Assembly: GCA_964016885.1 (NCBI GenBank)
Contig: OZ024741.1
Coordinates: 12,834,001-12,898,000 of the forward strand
DNA from: Eledone cirrhosa
Lineage: Eukaryota
Length of the DNA: 64,000 nucleotides
Direction: 5' to 3'
Part shown: in pieces, positions 40,357 through 53,679 of the stretch
Layout of the letters: each line of letters starts with the position of its first letter
How positions within the stretch are numbered: the stretch's first letter is position 1
Program-made: the position numbers and the translations under genes
Notes under the pieces: model-generated
What the model was told of the DNA's origin: nothing
The model's database searches: none
What the model saw: the letters and a program-made list of their open reading frames with translations, nothing else

Positions 40357-40559
40357 TTATTCATGAATATTCGTTTATTGTGTGATAACTCTAGTTGATT
40401 AGACTGTCATAGAAAACCATGAGCCATGACATTTGTATCCTGCTTAACTTATGTAAAGGAAGTATCAAATAATATGGTTGTTTGACCTGCTAGATGTAGC
40501 AACCAAATCATTCATGGAATCAAACCCTTCTTCTTTGCTCACGTATTTCTGAGAGGTTC

Positions 40560-41240
40560 ATGAAAACAGAGTCCTCAAACACTCCTTCCAGTCGATCCTG
40601 TTAGAAACAATCTTCTCCAATTGATCCGGCTGGATCCCCAAGCAAGACCAGCTAAGCTCATGGATGTTATCCAACCATCTTGCTCAAGTCTATCCCTGGG
40701 TCTCCTGCTAGTTGTTTTGCCTTTAAAATCCGTCCAGCGATTCTTTCCTGAGATATTATAACTTTATGCCAATAATATCAGAGCTGTGATCTCTCAATTT
40801 GGAGAAGTAGCAGCAGTACCTGTTATGCACTCTATTGAGTAATGTTGCTCCACAGACCCTTCGGGGGAACCCCAGTTTGGCCGCTTATATCCACGATCAT
40901 ATTTTTTCAGTCATTACCCAAGATCCATGACAATAGGTAAGGGTTGGCATGCAAAATGAATTTAAGATAGTGAGCTTGGCTTTAATACCTACCTCTCTTC
41001 TTCTGATTACTGAATGCTGACATTGGCACATTACTGCACCAACTTTTGCAATTCTTGTACTTAATTCAGCCTCCTGCCTTGCACCACTTGTGAACACGAC
41101 TCCTAGGTATATGAACCTCTCTACCTGCTTCAATGGAACTCTAATCATAGGTAGAGTGCACTGTGCAAGCTTCCTTGAGAGGATGAGTGACTCAGTTTTC
41201 ACAATGATCCACCTAAAAAATGGAGATTGAAAGCTGGAAT
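40560..41240 (-). mobile_element. Old RTE-like LINE fragment
   Basis: QVERFIYLGVVFT...ELSTRIAK...PTLTY.HGSW. Confidence 0.7.
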
Positions 41241-41369
41241 ATGTTTGATCTTCGATCATAGCTCTGCAGCTTCAGAGTTGATTTGAGGTTAAACTACAAT
41301 AGCTTAGAAAATACAGAAACAAAATAATAATAGAAATACTATCTGGCATTACATAAGGAGGTACCAATG

Positions 41370-41515
41370 ATATGGTATAGCTGTAGCCAGACATGGTATA
41401 TCTATAACAAGACCTGGTACATCTGTAGCCAGACATGGTATATCTGTAACAAGACCTGGTACATCTGTAGCCAGACATGGTATATCTACAACAAGACCTG
41501 GTATATCTGTAGCCA
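41370..41515. repeat. 42-bp (2 x 21) minisatellite, about 3.3 copies
   Basis: ctgtagccagacatggtatatctataacaagacctggtacat repeated. Confidence 0.9.
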
Positions 41516-41759
41516 ACACAGTTCTGTAGGACCAAGTTCACCTAACTGTGAAGACATACCACAGAGAATTAATGACAAATCACTGAACTAGAGGTGGTCA
41601 TACTTTGTAAAATTTATGATGGTAGTCCTCATTCTGCAGTATTGAGAGAACTCCTGGCAATGGTATCTCACACACACACACACATACGCACACGCACACA
41701 TACTATCTAAACAAAAAAACGTTCCTTTTCTCTCTCTGTTTATGTACATATCTCTCCTC

Positions 41760-41830
41760 GGCGCTCCCCCTCTCTATACAAAGGAGCGTGACGGACGGAC
41801 AGACGGAAACACTCTTATTTTAATATAGAT
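41760..41830 (-). mobile_element. Possible Helitron-type 5' end
   Basis: Minus strand reads A-TCTATATTAAAATAAGAGTG...GTCTGTCCGTCCGTCACGC. Confidence 0.45.
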
Positions 41831-42529
41831 TATTATTAACGCTCTGTTTCATAAGGATACTGACTATGGTGAAATACCAAACGTAGAATCATACATCGAT
41901 AACGAGAGAGGTAAAGGGAGGTAACTGCCCTATTTATAAGGGGAAATAACTTGAAATAACACACAACTAATGGCATTTGTGTGAATAGTTTACCTTTTGG
42001 CTGGCTTGCGGCTAATTGTCGGATAGAACGCTGTGTGGTATTTGTTTTGGCTGTGTGTTTTCTGAGTTCGAATCCCGCCGAGGTCAACTTTGCCTGTCAT
42101 CTATTCGAGGTCGATAATAAAGTACCAGTCTAATACTGGGGCCGATTCTTCCTCTATATCCTTCTCTCATTTCCATTCTTTCACTCTCTCTCTATCCTTC
42201 TCTGTACTCAGGCCCGGAGAGGAGATGAGCTCCGCCAGTTTAAAGATGCCCAAGAAACATTATTATGTTTATTCAAACGTCACGTGCGTTTGCAATCGAT
42301 CTGTTCAATGTGTGATCGGTAGTGATCGGGCCCGACTCTGAAATCAATAGCTCATCAAACTTTTGGATTCATATATATAGCATGAATTCTACCTTCATTT
42401 GTGATCTTCCCAGTCCCCACAAAGAAAGCCCTCCATATATTATTATTATTATTATTATTATTATTATCATTATTGTTTTTCCTTTTCCTTTAGTGTTGTT
42501 TCTGATATATGCCGAGTGTCTTCCTGATA

Positions 42530-43365
42530 CCTAGAGATCCACAGACATGGAACTGGTTAAAAAGAGGAGACCTTAAAAAAGCTACAGAAGGAATGCTAAT
42601 GGCTGCGCAAGAGCAAGCCCTCAGAACGAAGTGGGTGAAACACCATATTTACAAGGAGGAGGTTATCCCACTGTGTAGGATCTGTGGAGAGAGAGAGGAG
42701 ACTGTGGCTCACATTGTATCCGAGTGTAAACACCTAGCCCAGACTCACTATAAAGGCTGGAGATATGATGTGATGGACAGGGTGATCCACTGGCACCTAT
42801 GCAAAGTAAACAATTTACCACATTCTGAGAAGTGGTATGAGCATAAGCCAAAGTCGGTGATAGAAAACGATCGGGTGAAGGTGCTATGGGATTTTAGGAT
42901 ACAGACGGACAAGAAATTAGAACACAATAGGCCTGACCTGGTGGTTTTGGACAAGGAAAAAAGATCGTGCCTGATTGTGGATGTAGCCTGCCCATTTGAC
43001 ACGAGAGTGCAAGAAAAGGAGAGGGAGAAAATTAACCGATACCAGGACTTAAAGTGGGAGTTAACAAGTATTTGGAACTGCCATGAAATCAAGATCGTCC
43101 CGATTGTCATAGGTGCACTAGGTACTATCTCAAAGAGTTTCCAAGGATGGTTAAAGAAGATTAGTCCAGCCCCGCTTTTTGGAACACTTCAAAAGGCATG
43201 CTTGCTTGGAACAACAAGAACCCTCCGATACGTCCTGAATATCTGAGGCTGCAGGTAGCGGCTTGATATTAATTTTAACAGACTTTCCAGTTAACTAACA
43301 TCAATGACTGAGACTCAAAGAACAATAATAATAATAATAATAACAATAACAATAACAATAACAAT
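42530..43365 (+). mobile_element. R4/Dong-clade non-LTR 3' fragment (CCHC finger and restriction-like endonuclease), (TAA)n tail
   Basis: AAQEQAL, CRICG..ETVAHIVSEC, LWD, HNRPDLV, IVDVACP, EKINRY, PIVIGALG. Confidence 0.9.
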
Positions 43366-44217
43366 TATTATTATTATTATTACGGACTCTCTTCTCTAAA
43401 GCCAAGAAACGAATTCGGTGATCATCTGCTATCGATATAACACCAAATTAGCTGGTGGTCCCCGAATTGGTACTCTATTTTCTATTTTCAATTTCTTTCT
43501 ATCTTCTATCTTCTATTCTCTTTTATGGGTTCAACGTAATCCTGTTATATAATTCCGCAAATAACACCTGATGAAGTCGACTAGTCTTACATATGTTTCC
43601 TACTATATCAATCGTCAAACTAATGTTTGTTGATTGTTTTGGACAAGATAGGGAAATCAATGCCGTAGTGAACAACCAGTGACATCCTCTGCATCAGCCA
43701 TTCCACCTTACGAGGCTCCTCCCTCAAGCAAGATACAATCCTTCAGATTTTACTAAAAATAAAACGGCCGTGGGAGAACAAAGGTCACCGGAGTATTTAA
43801 CGGCAACCGGTACGAATAGAAAGGGATCGGTCAAACCTCGGTATTTGTATCCCTCTCACTCCCCTACAGTTTGGGCAGCGGGGCTTCAGTTTCCACTGAC
43901 TATCCAACTCGTAGAAAAGAAAAGGAGGTAATTTTTTAAAACATGCTTTAAAAAACTCAACAAACAGCCAACAAAATATCACACACAAAACAAACGAATA
44001 AGTCAAACTTTTTATGAGGGAAAAATAAATTTAGTTTAACGATTTCAAGAAAATATACAAAAAGGCACATTGGTGAATGTCTTGGACGGCAAGTCTTGCC
44101 CAAATAGTTTTAGATATATTAGTAAATGTTTAAAGAATTAAATGAGTTATATAAAACATTGAAATTTAAAAACACAAAAATATCAATATATACAAGCATA
44201 TAGCAACAAAACCATGT

Positions 44218-44605
<388 letters not shown>

Positions 44606-44671
44606 GTGGACGGGTTGATAAAGGCTTTTGTAACCTGATTTTTAAAAGTAAAATTTATAAATATATTTGTA

Positions 44672-44706
<35 letters not shown>

Positions 44707-44724
44707 GAGTGTGTGTGTGTGCGT

Positions 44725-44758
<34 letters not shown>

Positions 44759-46848
44759 ATAAATCGCAAGGCAAACAATGTAGATACACGTGTATGATTT
44801 ATATATATATATGTTTATGTATGCATATATATTTGTATGTAGAGTAAAAGAAAAGGAAAACGAGTTACAAGCACACAACACCAACGAAACCAAAGTCCCA
44901 GCAGAGAGAACAACAAAATCACACACTCACTTGGTTGGTCAGTTAAGACACACACACACACATACACACATACACCCACATACAAAAACACACGCAAACG
45001 CACACATATATATAGAGTGAGAAATAGATAGAGAGGGAGAGACTGAGAAAGACAGTCAAAGGGAGATAACAAGACGAAAATAAAAAAAGTAAAGATAAAA
45101 ATAAAAATAAAGAGATTGATAACACGGAGAAGTTAATAAAAAAAAAAAGAATTAAAAAAAATATATATATAATTGTTAATTTCACTACAAAATCAAATGT
45201 AATAAAAATTATAGAAATAAAAATAATTTCCAAATGTAATTTTTATTGCTGAATATTTAAGAATACTTTTTTATTTTCTTCTGGCTATTTTTGTTGTTAT
45301 TGTTGATGTAGTTGCCGATGTTAGGCATTTGTTTTATTATATATATATATGAATATATATATATATTTATATATCCGTTCGAAACTCTGGACAAAGTGAC
45401 AATGTGCCATATATATATCATCATTAATATAAGAGTTGGTGTAAATAGAATCACAGACTAAATTGTGCCGGACTTTTTATTTTAATTTCTTTTGTCTTGT
45501 ACAAAAGCAAGAAAGAAGGATTTTAAAAAAAAGAAAAAAACAAAGATAAAGTAAAATTGATAGCTAAATCGATAGATCGATTAAATTGGTAAATATTTAT
45601 TAAAAAAAATTAATAACGGCAAAGATAAATAGTAGATGGAAAGTGAGGAGGGATGGTATTTCAACTCAGGAAATAAAGTTTCTTTGCCTAAAGAATACTG
45701 AGTGGCATATAGGTTTAATAAATAAATATGTCCATTTTATGTGCTGTTGTTGCTAGCACCAGAATTTCATATTTTGCTCTGTCTCTCTCTCTTTGAAAGT
45801 TCCTCTGATTGTAATAGGAACAGCTGGACACTCATAGCCTAGAGTTGGTGTAATTGTTGGGTTTAAGGCTGTTTTAACTATTTTGGTTTAGAACTGGTTT
45901 CTTAGTCAATAGATGTAAAAGAAAATCTGTTGGTGAACCTGGTGATTCGATCTGCCTGTTTTTGCTGATGAAAGTTTTGATAAGAAGGTTAGGTTGGTTC
46001 TTTCTCTGTCACGTGATCAACATGGCTGCTCGGATGTTAAGTTTTCAACCTCACCAAAAAAGATAATGGCTGATGTTTGTAGTTATTAATATTATTCTTG
46101 ACATCGTTATTGTTGTTGATATTGTTGCTGCTGATGTTGTTAAACGATGTTGTTGATGTTATAAACGTTGGCGGGAAGATGTTAAACAGTTGTTGTTGTT
46201 GTTGCTGTTGTTCCGTTAACATTTGAAATAAATTTAACCTCCGATTCCCTCTACAATAAGATGGCAGACCGGACCGATGTTTTATGATCTTCTTCTTCTT
46301 GTTCTTATTGTAATTATAGTATTTTTCTTATCGTCGTCATTGTTGTTGTTGTTGACGACAGTATCTTCGTTGTTTCTTTCTTTTTATTCTCTTTCTCTTT
46401 GTCTCCCATTTTGTTGTTGATGTTGTTGGCGTTGACTTTTATTTTAAATATATTCATATTTTGATTTCTTTATTATTCTCAATTTTAAAAATTCGAAAAA
46501 TAAAATATTCCATATTTTTATATTTTCATTCGATTTCTAAATGCCAGCAAAGATGGCCGAAGATATATATTGTTGTTATTATTGTTGTTGTTAATTCATT
46601 TATAAACAAACGAGGAAAATGTGGCAACCGATAGCTTAAGTTGTTTCCACCATCAGAAACTCACAAATTAATCATTTGTTTTAAATGAATTCCATTGCTT
46701 CCATCTTGCTTTTGTTGTTATTGGTGTTATTCTTCTTCGTATTATTGTTGTTGTTATTTAAGACTTTGTTGTTTATTAGAGTTTCTTACAATTTCATAAT
46801 AATTGTTGTTAAGTCTTTTAGACGTTTATATATTCTGTCTGTTACTTT

Positions 46849-46950
46849 TTATTCCTCATCCTCCTTGCTCTTACCCTTGATGATATCTACCATGGCATTG
46901 TAGTCGAATTTCTTGTTGTCCAAGGGAGCGTCTTTCCATACGTTCTTGAT
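46849..46950 (-). CDS. MRLC: Muscle myosin regulatory light chain, last coding exon (IKNVWKDAPLDNKKFDYNAMVDIIKGKSKEDEE*)
   Basis: tatag acceptor, 102 nt ending in TAA; close to the recalled squid mantle RLC C-terminus. Confidence 0.93.
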   Translation of the reverse strand: MKNVWKDAPLDNKKFDYNAMVDIIKGKSKEDEE

Positions 46951-47779
46951 CTATAATAAAATATTAGATGATAGTAAACAGGTTGGTGAGGATGTATTGT
47001 GATCAAATATTAGATTGGGACAATATATTGATTATGAAATATTGGCTGGTGGACATATTTTGTTATCAAATTTTCAATTGGGAAACTATGTTGATTATAA
47101 AACATTTAGTGGTAAACACAGTTGGAAGTTATCACCTCCTGGGGACATTGGGATATTCGAGAGGCGGCACTGGAAAGTAATGAAGTAGAAGGGGTGATAG
47201 TCATTTTAACGACGAGGAGGTGGGATTCATTAACGCGACTAGAACGGTGCGTCTATCGCTTTCCTAGCCATCTTGTTGCCCAGGACATGACACTTGGGTA
47301 GTGGTAGCCCCCGTTTTCACCCAGCCAGATTAGAGAAAGTTCCACCAGTTACTATTCACAAATTAAATCAAGACAAAGCTATCACAAGATGGTGTGGCAG
47401 TGTGATTAAGAAGTCCACCATGTATTTCAGGGTGTCATCTTACTGGGAGACATTTTGGGTTTACTGTCGTTCACCATAACCCCAAACAAACCAAAAGCCC
47501 TGTAAAAATGAATTGAGTAGAGATATACTGCGCGAAGACCATCAGATGGATTACCATAGATGAATCGTGGGGTTTTCAGATTGATCTTGGATGCCCTGTA
47601 GAATTACTGGACAGTACTCTTCCTCCTCTGACTAAACTATGGTTAAGCTAGTATGGGAATGTTTCAGTTTCTGACATGGATACATATGAGTTTTTTACCA
47701 CCCTAGATAATGAAGAAACCTTTCAAGAATCTCCCCAACACTCTGTTGAATTGTGAGATACAATTGTGAAAAAAATTAC

Positions 47780-47828
47780 CTCTTCTTTGGTGAAGTTGTC
47801 ACCCATGTTTTCCAAGAGATCTTTCAAG
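47780..47828 (-). CDS. MRLC: Myosin RLC exon (YLKDLLENMGDNFTKEE)
   Basis: ag|...|gtaat, 49 nt, phase 2 to 0. Confidence 0.95.
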
Positions 47829-48421
47829 CTGAAAATTAAAATTATAATATATATATATACACAAGAAACAATAAAAACAACAATCATTTTAATGTCATTT
47901 CCCACACTAAAACAGGGAATATCTTTGCAGGACCCTTGCCATACAAGGTTTTACAGCCGGATGTCCTTTGAGGCGAAACCCTTTTGGTTGCCTCATCGAC
48001 ACGCATATGTATATATATATATATATGGTGGCTGCCAACTCGTTTTCGAGTACGGCCACTACTTTATATGTAGGAGAACCCCTACCGATGCGCTGAACAA
48101 GTGTGAATTTTTAGTCCAGTCAGCGACTTGAAAACTCTGGTACAAACACAACACTTGTGACAATTATTGACACATAGGGCTGGGCCCATGGTACCATGTA
48201 ACGACAAGTGCAGAGAGATCTCCAGATATAAAGCAATGCCTGTGCCGTGAAGCTCTTAGAGTGAGCAAAGGCACTGCACAAAGCCAGTCCCACTCTCTTA
48301 ACCAAGATGATATTTACCAAAAAGAAGAACAAGTCAACATCATTGGATACCATCAGAGTTGCAGGTGTTATATCAGAGTTTTCCTTCTCCTAGAATTCTG
48401 CCTTGACAAAGGCTAAGGGGT

Positions 48422-48474
<53 letters not shown>

Positions 48475-48495
48475 GCATACATACATATACATACA

Positions 48496-48527
<32 letters not shown>

Positions 48528-48595
48528 CATACATACATACATACATACATACATACATACATACATACATACATACATACATACATACATACATA

Positions 48596-50260
48596 CAGGC
48601 TCTACAGTTAGCCAAAGTCCCACAACCATTGGTAGCTGCTGTTGAACGCCTGACCAAGAACTGGTACACCAATTTGATCCTTAGAGGTGAGAAGGAGCAG
48701 GTTAAGACTGATAAGATACATTACCAGAAGGGCATCTTTCAGGGTGATAGCTTGTCAGTGCTACTCTTCGTTCTCTCACTGAATCCACTATCTTACCTAC
48801 TCAGGAAACAAGGTGGACAAAGAAGTGGGTCCAGAAGTATCTCCCATCTTTTCTTTGTTGATGACCTGAAGTTGTATGGGCCAAATATCAATGACATCAA
48901 GAAACAATTGGACCTCATTACACAATTTTCAACCGACATCAAAATGAAATTTGGTGAGTCCAAGTGTGCATATTTGGCAGTAAAACGTGGAAGAGCTGTG
49001 CTCTCCTCTAGAAATCTAGAGATGAACGGCCTGACAATACAACCTCTACAGTCAGGTGACAACTACAGATATCTTGGACAGGATGGGAATGTCAGATATG
49101 ATGGACCCATAAATAAGGAGAGAACCAGAACTGAATACCTCAGAAGAGTAAAGAAAATATGGTCATCAGAACTGTCAGCGTACAACAAATACATTGCCTA
49201 CAATACTTATGCTGTGCCAATTCTAACGCCAACATTTGGTCTGCTGAACTAGTCATTGCAAGAACTAAGTGAGATGGATGTTAGAACTCGCAAACTTCTC
49301 AGTGTTACTGGGAACTTTAACATCAATGGTGATGTGGATAGGCTATACTTCTCACGCAAGGAAGGTGGCCGGGGTCTAAAATCAATATTAACAACATATG
49401 AGACCCGGATAGTAACACTGAAGCAACACCTTCAACAGAGGAAAAAGGTTGGCAACCATCTTGCCCAGGTTTATGAGCATGAAAAAAAAATATCATTAGA
49501 ATAGCGACTGATCTGGAGGAGAGATATGGAATAAAGCCTGATATAAATCTCTCACCCAGAGAAATCGGAAGATCCTATTCAATGTTCAAACAAGATAAAA
49601 AAATTGACCAATTTACAGAAAAAGTTGTGCATGGATACTTGAGACGTAAAACACAAACCATAGAGGGGATAAACCACTCAGAAAGCCTGGCATGGAGTTC
49701 CGACAAGTTTATGTCATCACACCTTGAGGGATATCTCTATGCAATACAGGAACAAGAACTCCCTACCAAATATCTGCTGCACAAAAGAGGAGGGCCAGCA
49801 GCTGACAATAAATGTAGGCTATGTAAAACAAAGATCGAGGATGTAAGCCACATTGTTGCTAGCTGCGAAAGAATGTCATCTCGCTACTACCTCCCATGAG
49901 ACACGATGGGATACCTAAAACCATCTGGAACGCACTTCGGAAAACAAAATTAACAACAAACGAGGAAGAATATATTGAGACAGATGGCACTAAGGAATAC
50001 TGGTGGAACCTGAAAATAAAAACTGCCACCAAATTAAAGCACAACCGGCCTGATATTGTTGTTTGGGACCACACATTGAAAACGTGTTCTGTTGTGGAGA
50101 TCAGCTGCCCACTTGATGTAAATGTTGTCAGAAAATTACAGGAGAAGGAGGACATCTACGGACCATTGATGAGGAGTTTACAAATACAGTATCCAAGATA
50201 CACCTTTAGCTTCATACCCATCATTATTGGAGCTACGGGTTATATAACAACCCGCTGGCA
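48596..50260 (+). mobile_element. R4/Dong-clade non-LTR element (RT and RLE), disrupted, antisense within an RLC intron
   Basis: [58 protein letters not shown]. Confidence 0.92.
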
Positions 50261-50445
50261 CCTTCAAAATTTGCAAAACATTCTTGCGATTCAAGAGATG
50301 ACAATTTCTTTTATTTTACAACCTTGCCACCAGGAAGGTGACCGATCACAAAAAATATACTCGAAATTAAGAGAAAGAGATAAACATATATATATATACA
50401 TACATATACATATATATATATACATACATACATACATATATATAC

Positions 50446-50484
<39 letters not shown>

Positions 50485-50489
50485 CATAT

Positions 50490-50522
<33 letters not shown>

Positions 50523-50527
50523 TATAT

Positions 50528-50570
<43 letters not shown>

Positions 50571-50684
50571 CATATATATATATATACATACATTCATACA
50601 TATATATATATATACATACATTCATACATATATATATACATACATACATACATACATACATACATACATACATACATACATACA

Positions 50685-50716
<32 letters not shown>

Positions 50717-50717
50717 C

Positions 50718-50792
<75 letters not shown>

Positions 50793-50875
50793 GGAGGTGA
50801 GTTTTATTGTAGCACAATAAAGTAATACAAATATCGGATAAGAAGCACTCCAAAGTTTATAGGACTGGAGTATAA

Positions 50876-51150
50876 ATAATATAAGATTAAAAGATGGTTA
50901 AAAGAATTCCAAGTATTTTATTATGCGCATTTCAAAAAGAAATATCATCATGGAATGATATCTGCGTTCCCATCAGATAAAATAGGGAGACATGATATGA
51001 AGCTTAAAAAACACTTGTGAATAGTGAAGTTTTAAATCAACATATTTATCTGATGAGAACGCAGATATCATCCCATGATGATATTTGTTTTTGAAATGCG
51101 CATAATATAATACTTGGAACTCTTTTAACCATCGTTTGATCTTATATTAT
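50876..51150. ncRNA. Inverted repeat (arms about 105 bp) with a type I hammerhead ribozyme motif in each arm; probable Penelope-like remnant
   Basis: Plus: CTGATGA (51050), stem II, GAAA-TGCGCA-TA. Minus (50914-50984): perfect stem I tattttat/ataaaata but core CTGATGG. Confidence 0.65.
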
Positions 51151-51154
51151 ATAA

Positions 51155-51343
51155 GGGTGGTGGATTGGCAGTATCGGTAGAGGGTCGGACGCCATGCTTT
51201 CCAGCATAGTTACGTCCCTTTATGATCTGAGTTCAAATCCCGCCGAGGTTGACTTTGCCTTTCATCCTTACGGGGTCGATAAAATAAAGTACCAGTAATG
51301 CACTGGGTAATTGCTGGCCTTGTGCCTAAAGTAGAAACAATTA
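51155..51343 (+). mobile_element. Young tRNA-derived SINE
   Basis: Nearly identical to 35548-35735. Confidence 0.9.
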
Positions 51344-51532
51344 TATATATATATATATATATATTTATAGAGAGAGAGAGAGAGATTTTGAGTATATGTT
51401 GGTTGTATACCAACACCTCAGTATGCAGGCTGGAGCACTCGACGCAGTGCGCAGGTTGGTTTGGTTACTCCGGAGTAATGTAAAATGAAGTTAAATAAAA
51501 AGTCAAATGTTTAAAATTTAGCTTCGTTTATT

Positions 51533-51587
51533 ACTGCTATATATATTTCAGTGACAGCCATCTTTGGCTGTGACCTCTTCAGGCAGT
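51533..51587 (-). ncRNA. Minimal type I hammerhead ribozyme, left arm of palindrome 51488-51859; sense to the RLC pre-mRNA
   Basis: Reverse complement of 51760-51814. Confidence 0.75.
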
Positions 51588-51759
51588 CCGAATTAGTATG
51601 GTATAGACGAGTACATATGTTGTTTAGGTGTATAATATTGTCAATACTCTGATATGCCCAGTTCCTGGTTGGGTTGAACAAGGAACTGGGCATATCAGAG
51701 TATTGACAAAATTATACACCTAAACAACTTATGTACTTGTCTATACCACACTAATTCGG

Positions 51760-51814
51760 ACTGCCTGAAGAGGTCACAGCCAAAGATGGCTGTCACTGAA
51801 ATATATATAGCAGT
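51760..51814 (+). ncRNA. Minimal type I hammerhead ribozyme, right arm
   Basis: actgc-CTGAAGA-ggtcacagcca(aaga)tggctgtcact-GAAA-tatata-TA-gcagt: stem I, core, stem II and a palindromic stem III. Confidence 0.75.
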
Positions 51815-52077
51815 AATAAACGAAGCTAAATTTTAAACATTTGACTTTTTATTTAACTTTATTATATATATATATATATATCCCGCCCGCCGCAGGAGAG
51901 ACGCCGTAGCAACCGGAGTGCCGCCAACGCCTTCTTGATTGCCGCCGACGTACGTCTTCCTGCTCGGGTGGCCCAACTAACAAACTAATTCGATTTAGTC
52001 AAATACGGTGTAAGCACATGTCACTACCTAATTTTCAAATACGCTAGACGTTTGTAAACAAAGCCTGCTCTGTGTCT

Positions 52078-52158
<81 letters not shown>

Positions 52159-52249
52159 ATTATATATATATATTATATATATATTATATATATATATATT
52201 ATATATATATATATGATATATATATATATGATATATATATAAGGCGGGT

Positions 52250-52635
52250 AAAATTCCCGAGATCCATGGATGAGTTCTCTCCAGCGGTCTCTGTCCCTCA
52301 TAATCGCTACCATGTCCTGCGTCTCCAAAAGACCAGTGTCTGTCCTTAGGGCATGAACATATGTTAACCTTGGTCTTCCTCTTCCAGTGTGTCCATGCAG
52401 GGGCTACCACAGGAGCACTGAGTGCAGTGCCAACTCTGGATGTCAGTGAGCATGTCCAGCTAACCTCAGTCTCCTCTGTGCTACTTTCGAGCTGACTTTT
52501 GGGAGGCTCCCGTACAGCTCTGAGTTCTTCATCCTCAGTGTATACTGATTAATGTTCAGAGCCATCCTCAGCATTCTCGTGTAGCACCCATCCACCACCT
52601 GAGTGAGTCTCATGGTCAGTGTCCAAGCTACATTC
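52250..52635 (-). mobile_element. RTE-like LINE C-terminal fragment
   Basis: WTLT...DGCYTRMLRMALNI...RRLRLAGH. Confidence 0.8.
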
Positions 52636-52806
52636 AAAGATCAAGTCGACGAGAATTGAAACATAATTCTATGTACGATATGCTATTCTGTTCAGTTAAA
52701 TATTCTGATCATCCAGATTACATTTTATTTTGTTTTGCTTTGCTAAAGTGTTGCCCATTCTAACTAACTTGACGGGTATTTAAATATTTGATAAAGAATT
52801 ACTTAC

Positions 52807-52885
52807 TAATCTTCAGGTATGAAACCTTGGTTATCCTCGTCAAACATGCAGAAAGCATTCCTCAAGGTGTTTTCGGGGTCGGTAC
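52807..52885 (-). CDS. MRLC: Myosin RLC exon (GTDPENTLRNAFCMFDEDNQGFIPED)
   Basis: tacag|...|gtaagt, 79 nt, phase 1 to 2. Confidence 0.96.
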
Positions 52886-53158
52886 CTGTAAGTATATAAA
52901 ATAGTATATGATATGACATATATATATGATACGATTAATGATACATGTAAGTTCATATACACTCATAACAATAGTTATAAGCAAGGAGCTTTGTCTCTTA
53001 CAACTGAATCACACTATAAGGAGGATTCTTCCTCCTCACCTGGAGAGACTTCTTTCTTTATTCCACTGTGTCCACTGTGTCTGGCTAACAATATCTTAGC
53101 TGGACATCAAGATTGACGTTATGATGTATTATCACCAACGGACTTTATCGTTACATTA

Positions 53159-53259
<101 letters not shown>

Positions 53260-53330
53260 CATATTATTGTGTGTGTATAACATTTTGTTCTCTCATGTTA
53301 TTGAATGTAGAAATAATAATTGTTATTTAC

Positions 53331-53432
53331 CGGAAACTTTGTCACCAAAGAGAGTAAGGAAAGATGTGAAGTTGAGTTGACCGGGACACTCCTTGAGCAT
53401 AGCTTTAAGGTCATCATCAGTTGGGACTCTTC
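53331..53432 (-). CDS. MRLC: Myosin RLC exon (GRVPTDDDLKAMLKECPGQLNFTSFLTLFGDKVS)
   Basis: ttcag|...|gtaaat, 102 nt, phase 1 to 1. Confidence 0.96.
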
Positions 53433-53679
53433 CTGAATAATTAGAAAGTAAAAACGTAAGGGTCAGTACAAACTGATATTGTTTATTTATTTATTAATCA
53501 TGTGATGTACATGAGATATTGAAAACAGGCTGGGGAAGAAGGGCTGGTGAATAGGGTTACGCTAAATGGTTGCACATTAAGTACGTGGCGACTGTATGGT
53601 TGGTGGTAATGATTGAGAGAAGACATTGCCTTTGATGGGTAATCTGGGTTTGTGTTTGTGGCATCCTGAGTCAGGTTAC

